Assembly: GCA_048013815.1 (NCBI GenBank)
Contig: CM106586.1
Span: 16,244,001-16,308,000, forward strand
Source: Setoptus koraiensis
Taxonomy: Eukaryota; Animalia; Arthropoda
Length of the DNA stretch: 64,000 bases
Reading direction: 5' to 3'
Positions 48,942-61,100 of the stretch are shown here, piece after piece; within the stretch, counting starts at the first letter, position 1, and each line of letters opens with the position of its first letter. Position numbers and translations under genes: made by a program. The notes under the pieces were generated by a model. It worked only from the letters and a program-made list of their open reading frames with translations. It was not told the origin of the DNA and did not search any database.

Positions 48942-51725
48942 ATGATTCATGTTATATTCTTCGAACCAATCAATAGCAAAAGTTGCCTATACTGTTTACG
49001 CCATGCCTGTGGTACTATCATCCTCATATCGTTCATCGTTTCATGTGCCATGACCCTCACTAGAAGCCCTTACGACGTACTTGGAGTTAGTAAGCATGCA
49101 AGTCAGGAACAAATAAAACGATCTTACAAAGATCTGGCAAGAAAGTTACATCCTGATAAAAGTAATCTAAGTGAAACAGAGTCCGAATCTAGATTTATAG
49201 AGCTCAATCAGGCTTTTACACTGCTCAAAGATCCCGAAAAAAGAAAGAGATATGACCAAACGGGTGAAACAGAGGACTCACCACGACATCAGCGACGTCG
49301 ATCTGACATGGCTTATGGTCAGAGAGGATTCAGGACTTTCACTTTTCACGACGGTCATGCGACATTTGAATTCAAATTTGATTCTAATGTTAACAGTGCA
49401 TTCAGAAAAAACTCAGTCAGTGCTAGACAATATTATCAGCAATACTTACCTCTGAGTAGAAAGAAAGTTCTATTCATATTTCTTTATTCAGACTTTTGTC
49501 AATTGTGCAATCTGATCGAGCCAACTTGGACTAAACTATCAGCAGAATTGGAGAAATATGGTATAGGATTCATCACGTTAAATGTCCAGCTCGAACCACA
49601 GCTTTCGCGTGATCTTGGAGCCACCAGTATTCCATATATAGTCGCTCTAGTGGATGAGAAAGTTAGACATTATCATTATAACGATATAACACTTGCCAAT
49701 CTAATTGAGTTCACGAAAAGTATTCTTCCCTCCAATTTAATACTACAGCTGAATGATGATAGCGCCCAAGACCGGTTCATATCATCGGCAACGCAGAATA
49801 ATAGATTGCGCGCATTGATTATTAATAGAGAATCACGCCTAAAACTGAGATATCTACTAATAGCTTTAGAATTTAGAGATAGGTATCAATTTGGACATGT
49901 ATCGACGAAACAATCACAACATAAACTACTTATGGACGAATACAAAGTCCACGATGAGTATCCCACAATTTTGCTATTCGATGAAGACTACCAGCGACCC
50001 ATCAATCGTTTGCATGTTACCAACAACCGAGAATTTCAGAGAGATGATGTAAGAGAGCTTCTACTCAAGCAACAATATCTCCAGTTGCCACGAATAACAT
50101 CTCAAAGTATGCTGGATGATTTATGCATTGACTTATCCGACGGTACACAAATACAAAGAAAGTTGTGTGTCGTACTTCTTGCTAGTAACATTCCGAAGAA
50201 TGAGCCTACCCGGACAATGCTCCGAAAATTCATCAAATTTCATGGATTTCATCTTGATAAAAGCATTGCTTTTGCTTACATGGATCCTATGAAGCAAGAA
50301 GATTTCGTTTCATCATTGATGGAAGATGTAAATTCATTACCTGCGTCAATGAAAGAAACGCCTATGCATTCAATCTTTGTTTTGAGAAAACTATTCAATG
50401 ATGACTATAGGGCCAAATATAGCTGGGTGAAGCACAAATGGGATGTTTCTAGTATAGACGAATTGGACCGAGCGAAATTAGATTTATTGAAAATAATCAA
50501 TGTTTTCAGACGAGATAAAGTTGATCTTCCATTCAAGGCGGCCCTCAGGCCTATTGAAGATGAAGAAGCGCCAAGTTTGTTGAAACGTATCGAGATGAAA
50601 ATTGTGGACTCTGCTGAACGACTCTATCGTTGGATTACCAAGAAAGATGGTTTACATATTTTGATACTGATATCTCTCACAGTAGTGATGTTAACCTATT
50701 ACATTATAAGGTTTTTCCGTGATGAGATGAAAGGTTTCAAAGAATTCGCGGAAAGTGATCAATACAAGTCAAGCTCAACAAGAAATACTGGCCAGGGAAA
50801 ATATAAATCTTATATAGATTCCGGAGCCAGAACGAGTAAACGGTTGGAAAATGATGTGAAGTTGATAGAGTTGAAAGCGGAGACGTATAATGGTCTTATC
50901 AGGCTTCTCAAACCCGGTTGTCGCTCTATAATATTACTCTGTGATGCCAAATCAGAACAAAAACTATTACCTCTTTTTGCAAATATAGTTCGTCCCTATA
51001 GAAGGTAAGTGAAGGACGATGTATTGTCATTTGATAATGAATTTATTTGAACAATATCTTACTCGAATCGATCTATGTTCTAATTATCATTACTATTTGT
51101 GCAGAAATAAGTCACTACTGTTCGGTCACCTCAGGCTGGAAAAGAATCTCCCCTGGTATGAAAGTCTATTATCTCAAGCCATCGGAAGCCCAAACATGCA
51201 AATAAATGCCAAAAATTGTATCGGTACTGTGTTGTCATTGAATGGATTTAGAAAATATTTTTGTGTCTACCATGTGAAACATATTGAACCAAAGCCTTAC
51301 GAGGTAAGTGCATAAGGCAAAATTTTTCGATGATTGCATAGATTGATATCCATAATAATCCCTAATATTCAATCACTCTGATTGAATGTTTTCTTTCATC
51401 ACAGGATGACGATGGATCATTTCTTGGCTTCGACCACGTTTCGCCGAAATTGCACTCTACTGACTCAATTAGTGATAACTTTTATCAAGGAAATACTGAG
51501 AAAACGAAATTTTTCACTGAATCTAATCCTGACGCCAGCAGTATCGATAGTGAAGCCGAACAACAAGCACATGATGATAGCCATGTTGACTACCGAACTA
51601 ATCAAACTGCCATGATGATGGAAACGGAAACTCTGTTGAACAACCTTCCAAATTGGTTAGATAAGATGTTTGACGGTATAACGCGACGTTATCACATAGA
51701 TTACTGGCCAGATAATTTACGTTAA
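48942..51725 (+). CDS. DNAJC16: DnaJ homolog subfamily C member 16 (J domain, thioredoxin-like domains, TM), ~860 aa, 3 exons
   Basis: Exons 48942-51004, 51105-51303 and 51405-51725, joined through GT-AG introns of 100 and 101 nt. The product has a hydrophobic leader, a J domain with HPD, a CxxC (CQLC) thioredoxin-like domain and a TM helix. The C-terminal motifs are KNCIGTVLSLNGFRKYFCVYH and LPNWLDKMFDGITRRYHIDYWP. The start codon is uncertain. Confidence 0.9.
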
Positions 51726-51923
51726 TTGTCTCTCGTAAGCACCATTAGTATTGGATGCTTGGATGATGTATTATACCTAGATTGGCGTTTAATTTCAGGA
51801 ATCATTGTTTCCACTTCTAGGAAGCCAAATATAGTAGAAGTCAGGAGAGTGTATCGATGTCATGCTCTGCATACCTTTCTATAACTGTACGTTATGAACA
51901 AATCGTTGTGCGAGGGAATCACG

Positions 51924-52383
51924 AGCAGGCGACCGATTAGGTTGTTTCAATTTGTCCATTCGTGGCCACGGAGAATGTGTGAAGTTTGTCAAGAGCTTCA
52001 ACTTACCTTTGCTAGTTCTTGGTGGCGGTGGTTATACTTTAAGAAACGTGTCGAGATGTTGGACTTACGAGACAAGTTTATTGGTGGACGAGGAAATAAG
52101 CAATGAAATACCTTACTCAGAGTACGTACAGTATTTTTCACCTGATTTCAGCTTATTACTAGACAAGCCCTGCGGAGATACAACTCACAACGGAAATTCA
52201 AGAGTTTATCTCGAGTCGGTTGTCAAATATGTCCATGAAAATCTCAAGTGTATAGCGAACGCCCCCTCTGTCCAGCTTCAGCCTATACCGTCCAATTGGT
52301 TCACAGAGGAAGAAATGGAAGACACAGCCGTAAAGAATGTTGAGGATGAATCAAACGAAGAGAACAAAGTAAAATCCGACTAG
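51924..52383 (+). pseudogene. HDAC3: 5'-truncated HDAC3 fragment (C-terminal ~150 codons, from AGDRLGCF)
   Basis: Identical to the HDAC3 3' end. It lacks the start codon, the catalytic HH motif and most zinc ligands. Confidence 0.88.
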
Positions 52384-52977
52384 ACATCTATTGTGATCTT
52401 GTAAATAATTATAATGTAAATACATATGTGAATAATAATCAAATTAAACTTTTATGTAAAATGATCTCCTTCTATAAGCTGAAATTGACTCTGATCAATT
52501 TTTTAGATTACTGTTGATTCTGTGCTCGCTAAGTTGGCGGCGGCGGATAGCCTGGCACTGGATTGGGCGGCGGCATACCATGCATAGGCCGAAGTAAAGG
52601 TGGTGGCGGTATTGAGAATGGCATGCCGCCAGGACCTACCCCAGACATTGGCATTGGTAAATTGAGTGGTGGTGGGGGTAACCTCATTCCTGATGGCGGG
52701 AGTCCAGGTGGCATAATCGGACGTCTCATACCAACTGTGGGAATGGGGGGAGGCCTCAGAATACCCATCGGAGGAGGTTGTGATAGGTTAGGTGGAGGCA
52801 GCAAAGTCATTGGTGGCATGCCCAAATGATGTGGAGCTCCCGGCAACAAACTGTGATTTCTCTGATTTTGATCGTTCAGATTGTTCGAGTGACCATTGAA
52901 GTCATGCTGATTTTCCATATGATAATTTGGAGGGTTGCGTCCGATTGTCTCCTCGTACCATTTTTGATAGTAAAATT
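51924..52977. repeat. Copy 2 of the 1,054-bp direct duplication
   Basis: Appears identical to 46884-47937. Confidence 0.97.
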
Positions 52978-53180
52978 TCACATTCTCTTTGTGCTTCCTA
53001 CCTGTACAATGGGTTTTTCTGACTGAGGGAGAATCATGTGTCAAATATGTGTCGCAATAATCGCAAAAGTATCTATACAATATAAAAATATAAATATAAA
53101 TGTGTGTTAGTGAGATGCGAATTGGGGAAAGAGGGAACATTCTAGGTATCATAATTCATTTTGTCTACTTACTTAGGCAT
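52529..53180 (-). CDS. SNRPC: U1 snRNP protein C, 183 aa, 2 exons
   Basis: An 8-nt exon 53180-53173 (ATG CCT AA|GTAAGT), a 100-nt intron and exon 53072-52529. This gives [34 protein letters not shown] (matrin-type zinc finger) and a Pro/Met/Gly-rich tail. Confidence 0.96.
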
Positions 53181-53869
53181 TTTGGATTTTTTTCAGTGAT
53201 CTGCGATAGATCCTCGTAGATTTCCGTTCGGATACAATTTGAATTTAATTATTAGGTTCCATAATATATCAACTTTTGTTTGTTGTTTATCCATTAAATC
53301 CCATTTAGCAAGCGGCCAATCATTAAACAGTAGAATATTTTCACACCGCATGATAAGTATAAGAACTGTAACTGCAGTTCAATTTGATAAACTGCAGTTG
53401 GAGTGTTCCTTAGCTGCAGACTGCAGCTCATGTGCATGATAGCGCCGTAGACTCGGACGGAAGGCCAGAGTTTCCATGAATACAGTGAAAATTTTTGGTT
53501 GAAAATGCTGACCTGAACTTGTCATTGCGCTTATTTATACAGATAGATTAATTGTCAATCATTTTAAAGTATATACGAGACCCCCCGATGAAGATCAGAA
53601 CTTTTCTAATGACAGAAGGAAAAAGTAATCTAGATTGTAACACGAATAGCCCCTCACTGTTGCTCGCATAGGAACCATGAGTGCTGTATGAGGCACTTAA
53701 GAGATGAAATGGTCTTCAGTCTGAAGGCTCTATTGATGTTAGGTGAAGTTTATTTTCTTTTTAGTGACAGTCTCTAGTCATGAGATAGCCCAACATAAAC
53801 AATTGCCATGTCTGACGCTCAAACAAAAAAATTGGTCCAAGAATAGCTTCTTTTAAAAAAGTACTCCAA

Positions 53870-55708
53870 TTAGCTGCTATCCGATGAATAGCTGCGGCTA
53901 GAAGATGATGATGACGACGAAGATGAGGACGAGCTTCGATGGCAGCCTCCGTGTTTGAAAAATTTCGGTTTGCATAATTTTTTAACACGTTTCATCGGGT
54001 TGACGGCCGATAGCACTGCTGCTCCAGCTGCAGCTCCTAATCCCAGACCTGTGAATGGTAAAACAAGATTGAATATTTGCTATTAGTTATTTTCTCAAGA
54101 GAAAAAGACATATTAGAGAGGACAGAGGAAGTTCGGTAGATTGAGAATGACCATGCGCTAAAATAACATGCTTATGGGAAAATTATAAGCTGGGGGAGGG
54201 GACAGAACATTGTCATAACTTCAAGTTTGAAGTCCTGCTAATCTGTATCACATACTAATTGCACTACAAATGACTTTGACAATGGTCTTAAGCTCATATT
54301 TTGATAACACTTTTTGATTGCACTTCGTGTGTCTCGGTAATATTGCACATGTGATGACGTAGAAACATAAATGCACTTGTTTGCATTTAGAAGACGTGGT
54401 GGCAAGACGGATTAAAAAAAACACGATCAAGACAGGTTGTCAATGCGCTTAAAAAATCGATTGGTCATCTCGTTAGAGAAAATGTTTAGACAGAGGAAAT
54501 TTTCGATGAACTCCTTCTTTCAACAGACCAGCAATAGTTCCTAAGGCTTTGCCTCCCGTTGGCAATGATGAAAATATTGAAGACGATGACGGATGTGTCT
54601 GACTGTGATGTTGTTGATGCTGATTCTGTGAAATTATGGGAAAAGAGTCGATTTAAATAGATTAGCTGTGATTATCAAGAGAAAGTTCCATTAAAATCAT
54701 GGAATCTTAATAGCTGTAATTTAGTTTGTAGCATACTGTAATTATAAGTAGTGTTTTGTTCATGCAATAAGAATATTTATCCGTTCATGCGGTCGGGATC
54801 ACTGAAGCCGATTTCAGGATGGATTATCAGAAGTTAAAGTGGGGAGTGTGTGTTATGGTAGATAAAATTGATCGTGTTGATTGTCAACATTGATAACATG
54901 CGAGGAATTCCCTACTTACAGGATACCCTTGATATTGTGCACCTGTCGCACTTGGCCCATGGCCCATGGGTGGCGGATAGCCGACATTGTGTGGAGGCAT
55001 TGGTTGTTGCGAGGGATACCCAGGAGGTCCAGTTGAGTAACTTGCGCCAAGAGGAACTGGCCCCGCTGTTCCTGATGGGTATGGTGGTGGTGGACCAGGG
55101 GCTGCCGGATATGGAGCTTGCTGAGATGGATATCCCGGAAGTGTAGGATATAGTTGATGAGTTGGCGTGGGCATTGGCATTGGCATACCAGTTGGCGCGC
55201 TCGGATAGGGCGCGCTCGGGTAAGGCGCCGGGGCAGTACCACCATATTGATTGTAGGCTGGCTGTTGCGTCACCGAACTAGTACTAATATCTATCATGGA
55301 TATATTAACGTCTCCATCTATGGTAAGGTGAGTTATTTCAGGATAGGGAATACGATGATTAAAATCGGCGTAATGAGTTCCGTTGATAGCGATCTTGAAT
55401 TTGTCAGCCTCGGCCAAGATAATAATCTCAAATGGGTGCGTATGTAGCATTGTTTGGCCATTGCTCCAGGATTCCTCGACACCCCAAGCGCCATGACGCA
55501 ATGAGTTTCGCACTATTCTAGGCGGATTGAAGCAAGGACTGAGATGAAAGGCCAAGTCGTCGCGAGGATTCAATGAGGGTCCTGTCTGAAAGTTGATAGC
55601 GAATCTGTCGGCGTTTGGTCTTGGCTGGCCGGTGATTTTCACTAATGTTCCCGGGAAGATTCTCAGTGTTCCGACATACGGATTAGGTGGATTTATTATG
55701 TTAGACAT
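53870..55708 (-). CDS. Galectin: one N-terminal CRD, a Pro/Tyr/Gly-rich region and a basic/poly-Ser tail, ~354 aa, 3 exons
   Basis: Exon 55708-54920 ends CCT|GTAAGT. Putative exons 54625-54529 and 54048-53870 are phase-compatible and read ...GTIAGLGLGAAAGAAVLSAVNPMKRVKKLCKPKFFKHGGCHRSSSS...SDSS*. CRD motifs: PNPYVG, RFAINF, AFHLSPCF, IVRNS, WGVEE, FKIAING and FNHRIP. Confidence 0.85.
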
Positions 55709-56451
55709 ACTAATTGTAGTTACTTTTTATTTTTCAGCGATGAAATAATGACCTGAATGGGATAAAATAGTTGCTTGTTTACGTCGTTACTCTTTATATT
55801 TAAAAATAATACTACTACATTAACAACAACAAACCACTGATGATGACTGTGGAAATACTGAAAATGATGGCAAGCGCTGCTGCCGTGGGTTGACAGGGTT
55901 ATTATCAATGTTTTTATTATCGTGATGCTTTATTTCGCTTTTATCACATCTATCTACGATATTGCTCTTTCCTGACTTATTCAGTAGCGATGCGTGAGAT
56001 ATGAGATTAAAACTTGGCTTCGTATAGTTGGGTGTAGACTGGATATGAACTGATTAAGATAAAACAATCCGACATGAGTTAAAAAGAGGCAGACATTTAT
56101 GATGATTGTTGTCTGTAACGAAAGCATCTGACTCATTACAGTAGCGCTGATGAGCAATACTGTGTAGAGAATGAATAATAACTACTCTCTAACTGGGACA
56201 AGAGCATGTTTTGTGCAAGTTGCTTGCCAAATGATATAATTCTGCGCAGGAATGATGAAATTCAAGATCAGATGTTCGCATACAGATAAATTTATGACTC
56301 ATAATAGGCCTGTAATAGCCTGAGCATCACATCGAGAGTTTTCACTGGCGAGAATATTATTCTTGAATACAATTAATTAACCCATAACTATACCATATAG
56401 TTCCATTATTCCTAATCTCTATTTTGATAGCACATGTGGTATTTTCTGAGC

Positions 56452-57867
56452 TTATTGGGCGAACTCTTTAAGAATCGAAAAAGCCAAGTCGTACAAGTTC
56501 ACCTCATTTAAATTTACAATAATGGCAACAGCAATCTCCTCCTCTGGCAGTATCAATAGAAAAGAGGAGGCTCCAACTGCACCCCCAGCGTGATAGACGT
56601 AAAATTTGTATGGGGCTGCTTTGGGGTGTGGGTTAAAGTCAACTTTTGCTGAGCTCGAGTCGTGGGTGTGATTATCTGAACCGACGAAGAAGCCAAGCCC
56701 ATAACTCTCGAAACCCTCTTTAATTGGCACCACTGGTGTCCACATGGTTTTGACGGTTTCAGATTTCAAAAATGAATTTTCTCTACCTTTGTAACTATGC
56801 AATAGAACATTAGCCAACTGTAAGAGATCGTCAATTCGCGACAGTAGTCCTCCACCGGCCCATTTGCAACTAACATCTACATGAGGGGCATTCAGTAAAC
56901 GACCCGAAATTCCGTTACGGGTGTAGTACTTGCTTCTGTTGAATATTATAGGTTGTTCCTGATCAAGATATGTATTTTTCATACCTAAGTCCTGTTTTAT
57001 CAATTTCATCAGGTAATCCTCAAATCGATCATCTTTCTCCAAAACTTTTTGAACGATAGCACCAACTACAGTCCATCCATAAGTTGAATAACTAAATTTG
57101 GTGCCTGGCTCACAAGTAAGATCATCGTTCTTAAATAATTCCAATGATTCTATTACATTATCGAACTTCTTTTTGCTATAATGTTCTGTTTGTTCAATCT
57201 CGCTCTTTGTTTGATAAGCCTTGATAGATTTTGGACCTCCGATAGGCAGTGGAGCTTTAGTGGATGCGTCATCGTGATAATGACGGATGCCAGATGTGTT
57301 AGATAGGAGATGTTTTAAGTTTATATCATAAAATGTTCCTTGTATCTTTTGCTTGGGAAACTCCGACTCATCCAAGTATTTATGTATGGAGTCTGACAGA
57401 TTTAGTTTCTTTTCTTCCATTAGTTTTGCTACGGCGGTGGCCATCGTTACTGATTTACTTATTGAGGCGATTCTCATAATAGAGTCGGTTTTACAAATGG
57501 TCATGTTCTCTACATCACAGAAACCAAACGCGCCAGACCACACTCTCTGTTGTTTGACAGATACACCGACCACGAGACCTGGAATGCCATGCTCCGACAT
57601 TACTTGCTGTACCTTCTGGTGACATCCATGTATCGCTTTGTATCGGTTGTATTGGTTGTATCTGCTGTACGGTGGTGGTGGTCCAACGTTAGATTGGGAT
57701 ATAGATCTGTCGTAGCTGTCACTGGGTCGCCTAATTGAAAAATCTACGCCAGCCCCCTCAGTGGCCTCCTTATCGGGATGATTCTCATTTTTGGGCGAGC
57801 CACTGCCCCACCAGCCCCACAACGAGAGAGCATATAGCGGACGTACAGATGAAGCAAGACGCGACAT
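56452..57867 (-). CDS. LACTB: Serine beta-lactamase-like protein LACTB, mitochondrial, intronless
   Basis: Motifs IPGLVVGVS, MRIASISKS (SxxK), HLLSNTSGIRHY, FSYSTYGWT (YST), SCKWAGGGLLS and YHAGGAVGASSFLLILP, plus an Arg/Ser-rich leader. The likely ATG is at 57867; the ORF track extends to 57891. Confidence 0.93.
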   Translation of the reverse strand: MSRLASSVRPLYALSLWGWWGSGSPKNENHPDKEATEGAGVDFSIRRPSDSYDRSISQSNVGPPPPYSRYNQYNRYKAIHGCHQKVQQVMSEHGIPGLVVGVSVKQQRVWSGAFGFCDVENMTICKTDSIMRIASISKSVTMATAVAKLMEEKKLNLSDSIHKYLDESEFPKQKIQGTFYDINLKHLLSNTSGIRHYHDDASTKAPLPIGGPKSIKAYQTKSEIEQTEHYSKKKFDNVIESLELFKNDDLTCEPGTKFSYSTYGWTVVGAIVQKVLEKDDRFEDYLMKLIKQDLGMKNTYLDQEQPIIFNRSKYYTRNGISGRLLNAPHVDVSCKWAGGGLLSRIDDLLQLANVLLHSYKGRENSFLKSETVKTMWTPVVPIKEGFESYGLGFFVGSDNHTHDSSSAKVDFNPHPKAAPYKFYVYHAGGAVGASSFLLILPEEEIAVAIIVNLNEVNLYDLAFSILKEFAQ

Positions 57868-58160
57868 TTGTCTCCAATGAATTGTTATCAAATGTCATTT
57901 ATCTCGTGAGAAAACTAACAATTTACAGACTACTAGTGTCTGTGACTTATTGAACTGCGACAACAGAACCAACTCTTACAAAAGTAGCAGCCAATCGCAG
58001 GAATAAAAACACCTCAGGACCGCCATTTTTAAATGATTTTTTTTCTCGTCCTGGTTATTGATTGAGGGAGTAACTTCGACAGTAAAATAGTGTATATTAA
58101 ATGATCAAATTGCTACCCTTGCTACATTTTTTGATAGTAATGCATTCAAATTTATTTATT

Positions 58161-58162
<2 letters not shown>

Positions 58163-58193
<31 letters not shown>
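58163..58193. repeat. (TA)n microsatellite
   Basis: Read directly; lies just downstream of the Hobbit stop codon. Confidence 0.95.
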
Positions 58194-58195
<2 letters not shown>

Positions 58196-58199
58196 TCGG

Positions 58200-61100
58200 T
58201 CATTTTATTGAGGGGCCATCCATTTGGGATGACATATTCAGCGAGCTGGTATCCGCAATTGATAAATCGGATGGACGTCGTTTTGCATACTGACCAAGCA
58301 AAAGGCGTGCCTTGTCATCATCGGTGGTGGCTGTATTCTTCTCTTTCGATGTTGATTCGACGCTTGGCTGATGGTCATGATTTACACTCTTAGACCAAAT
58401 GGACGAAGGTCTTATCTTCATTTTTTGTTTCAAAGCTTGCTTGATCACAGTATGCTTTGAATCATTCTTCAATGCCAACAGCAAATCTAGCCATGTCCAA
58501 GTCGAGTTGTGATACTCGAAAGTTGGTAAAGTCAGGCTTACATTTTTGAGATCTGTGACACTCTTTTGCTTTTTCCCCTTATAACTAACCCTTATTGGGA
58601 TGCCAGGTACTTTAACGTAGACAAAAGTGTGATTCTTGGAGGCTCGCTCTCGCATCTTTTCTATGTCATCTCCTCTCTTTTGAGCGGAGTTGACACTTGT
58701 TGCAGTAGCGCTACTAGCTAGGCTGGTTGCACTTATAGTGCTCATCGTGGATATGTCGTCGAAGTTCTTTGAGGCCGTGCCGAGTCCATTGTTGAAACCA
58801 CTATTAACGCCACCAGTGATACTGCTGCTGATACTGTTACTACCATTAATGATCTGCTTGCCTAAATAAGTTGTAGGTGTATCGTTGATTTGCGGCTTAT
58901 CTTTTCTTCTTCTCAGGCGCAATTGATGCTCACCTGAAGAATCAGCACCTCGTTTTGACTTAGAGCTTTCAGTGGTGGCTGCATCTTTCTCGGGAAAGAA
59001 AAATTTCAGCATCTTTTGGAAGAATTGCAATGTAACCTCGATGGTAAACGGCACCACGTTAACCTCCAAGTGTTCTTTAACAGATATACCAGCAACGGGT
59101 GCAAGTTCACGACAATAAATACGCAAAGCTCTATGCCTGTCAAGTGGAATGTTTGCTTGCAACTCTGTAGGATGTAAAACATTCTTGTATGGTTGATTAG
59201 GTATTAAATTCGACACATGCAGATGACCGAGCTCGATGGTATGCTCAACGCTATCGTCGCTTTTAGCCACCTTACTATAGAGGAAATTTCTAAGGACTAT
59301 ATCGGCCAAACCTAGCTGCCCATCTGAATCTGTCATGCGCCAACGAGCATTCTTGAAACATATCTCGTCTCTTTTTATAACATTCGCAAAGAATGCCCCA
59401 GATCCCTGTTGCGAAGCCGCTTGCTGTTCCTGGGCTTTGTGCGCGCCCAACTGCATCTCCTTGTAACAACTAATCATCATGGCTAATTCCTCACTTGCAG
59501 ACAACAGTTGCTCCTTAATTTGAATTATCTCACAACTCAATGAACTTAGACTCCTTCGGTAATCCTGGCCTGATTCAGGTTTTATCTGATCATCAATAGA
59601 TGCTCGATATATTAGATAACGCTCGCGTTCAAGGCGCTTGAGATAAGCCACATAATGACGGACCTGATCTTGAAGCTTTGATATAGGTTCCCGTTGGTCT
59701 TCGTCGGACGACAATTGAAATCTGAACCTCATCCGTTCAAGTTTCTCAAAAGCTGTCTTCTTGTGAGGTTCTACATAGAGCAACAAATTGTTTATCATAT
59801 CCATGATCATGGCATATTGTTGAGAATTGGTGCTTATCTCAAGATCGTGATGTGTAAGTGTGAACGAATCAACTCCCACTTCTTTGTCCCATGGTTCAAT
59901 AAAAATATCATCGTCTGGGAGAGGTGGTATCAGGTCGATTAGTTCCTCTGGCAGACCTTCAGTATGACTAGCGTAGTAGAAAAGGCAACCACAACGTGAT
60001 ATAATGCGCTGAAGTTGGATCGGTGATGGCTCATCGCTATTGCTACGCTCTAATTTTCCAACAACTGGACTCACCACACCACCAACACTGTGACCACTAC
60101 CAACTAGATCAGTTAATTCGCTGATTGTGTTCTCTGACCCAATGTTCTCTGGATCTAACCATTGTATTTTACTTTCGGAGTTTGCTAAATTTAGCGATGG
60201 TATTATATTGGTAGATCCATCAACAGTTGCATAATACTGCATACACTTCAATGATCCAGTCCAGCTTGTCTTGGACAAAAGTGTTCGATTCTTCCAGACA
60301 GGTAAATGAACTCTATGCCGTATTTGAGTTTCAGCCGCACTAACAATTATGTAGCCTGGTGTCTCACAGCCACACAGCATAACTTGAGAATTTACTAATT
60401 CAATTAAACAATTTAAATACACAATGTCGTCAGTTTGGCAAGCCTCCACCCCGTAGAGATGTGTCTTATTTGCCACGCCGCCATGAGATTCTTCTGTGTA
60501 TACAGTGGGATTATTTTCTGAATCGGCAATCAGTTTGTGTAACATTGAGACCGCTCTACTTTTTGATATTGTTGATACAGGACTAGTAGTAGAATTAGTT
60601 ATTACATTTGATGTTGTCGAAGGGTGTCGCTGATGCCTATAGGGCGGTGAGCCACTATTTGGATAGGGCTGATGATGAGGGTTCACATGAGATCCTTCAA
60701 TACATATTGGTTTGAGGGCATCAGTGGACAGGTTTCTCTTCAATTGTTGACTATTCATGAAGGCATCAAAAATACCCGAAACAACATCTCGATTTGCCTT
60801 GGTCCACGCACCTTTAAGATCATGCACGATAAGTCGATGGTTAGGAGTTTGTTCGTCATTACCTGCGGTATATGTTCCATCGCTACTATGAGTTTCATTA
60901 GTTGTTTCGGCGGAAGCCGTAGTAAACTCATTTAGAGAATCGGTGTTCTTCAACTGAGCCTCTTTGTTGTATGAGACCTTGTTGAAACTCAAAAAGTATT
61001 GACGATTCTTTTGATTTGATTGAAAATTAGAATCTTTGAATTCTTCCATGTCGTCGAACATCCTGTTGTGAAGCCATATCTCCACACTCGAGAGCTCCGA

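Noticed and set aside
53365-53430. Cluster of CTGCAG palindromes (AACTGCAGTT twice) upstream of U1C
   Set aside because: It is too short, and I cannot link it to a known factor or RNA structure.
56452-57867. Horizontally acquired bacterial beta-lactamase
   Set aside because: It matches the vertically inherited metazoan LACTB pattern (SISKS, YST, KWAGGG, mitochondrial leader), and its composition matches the neighbouring genes.
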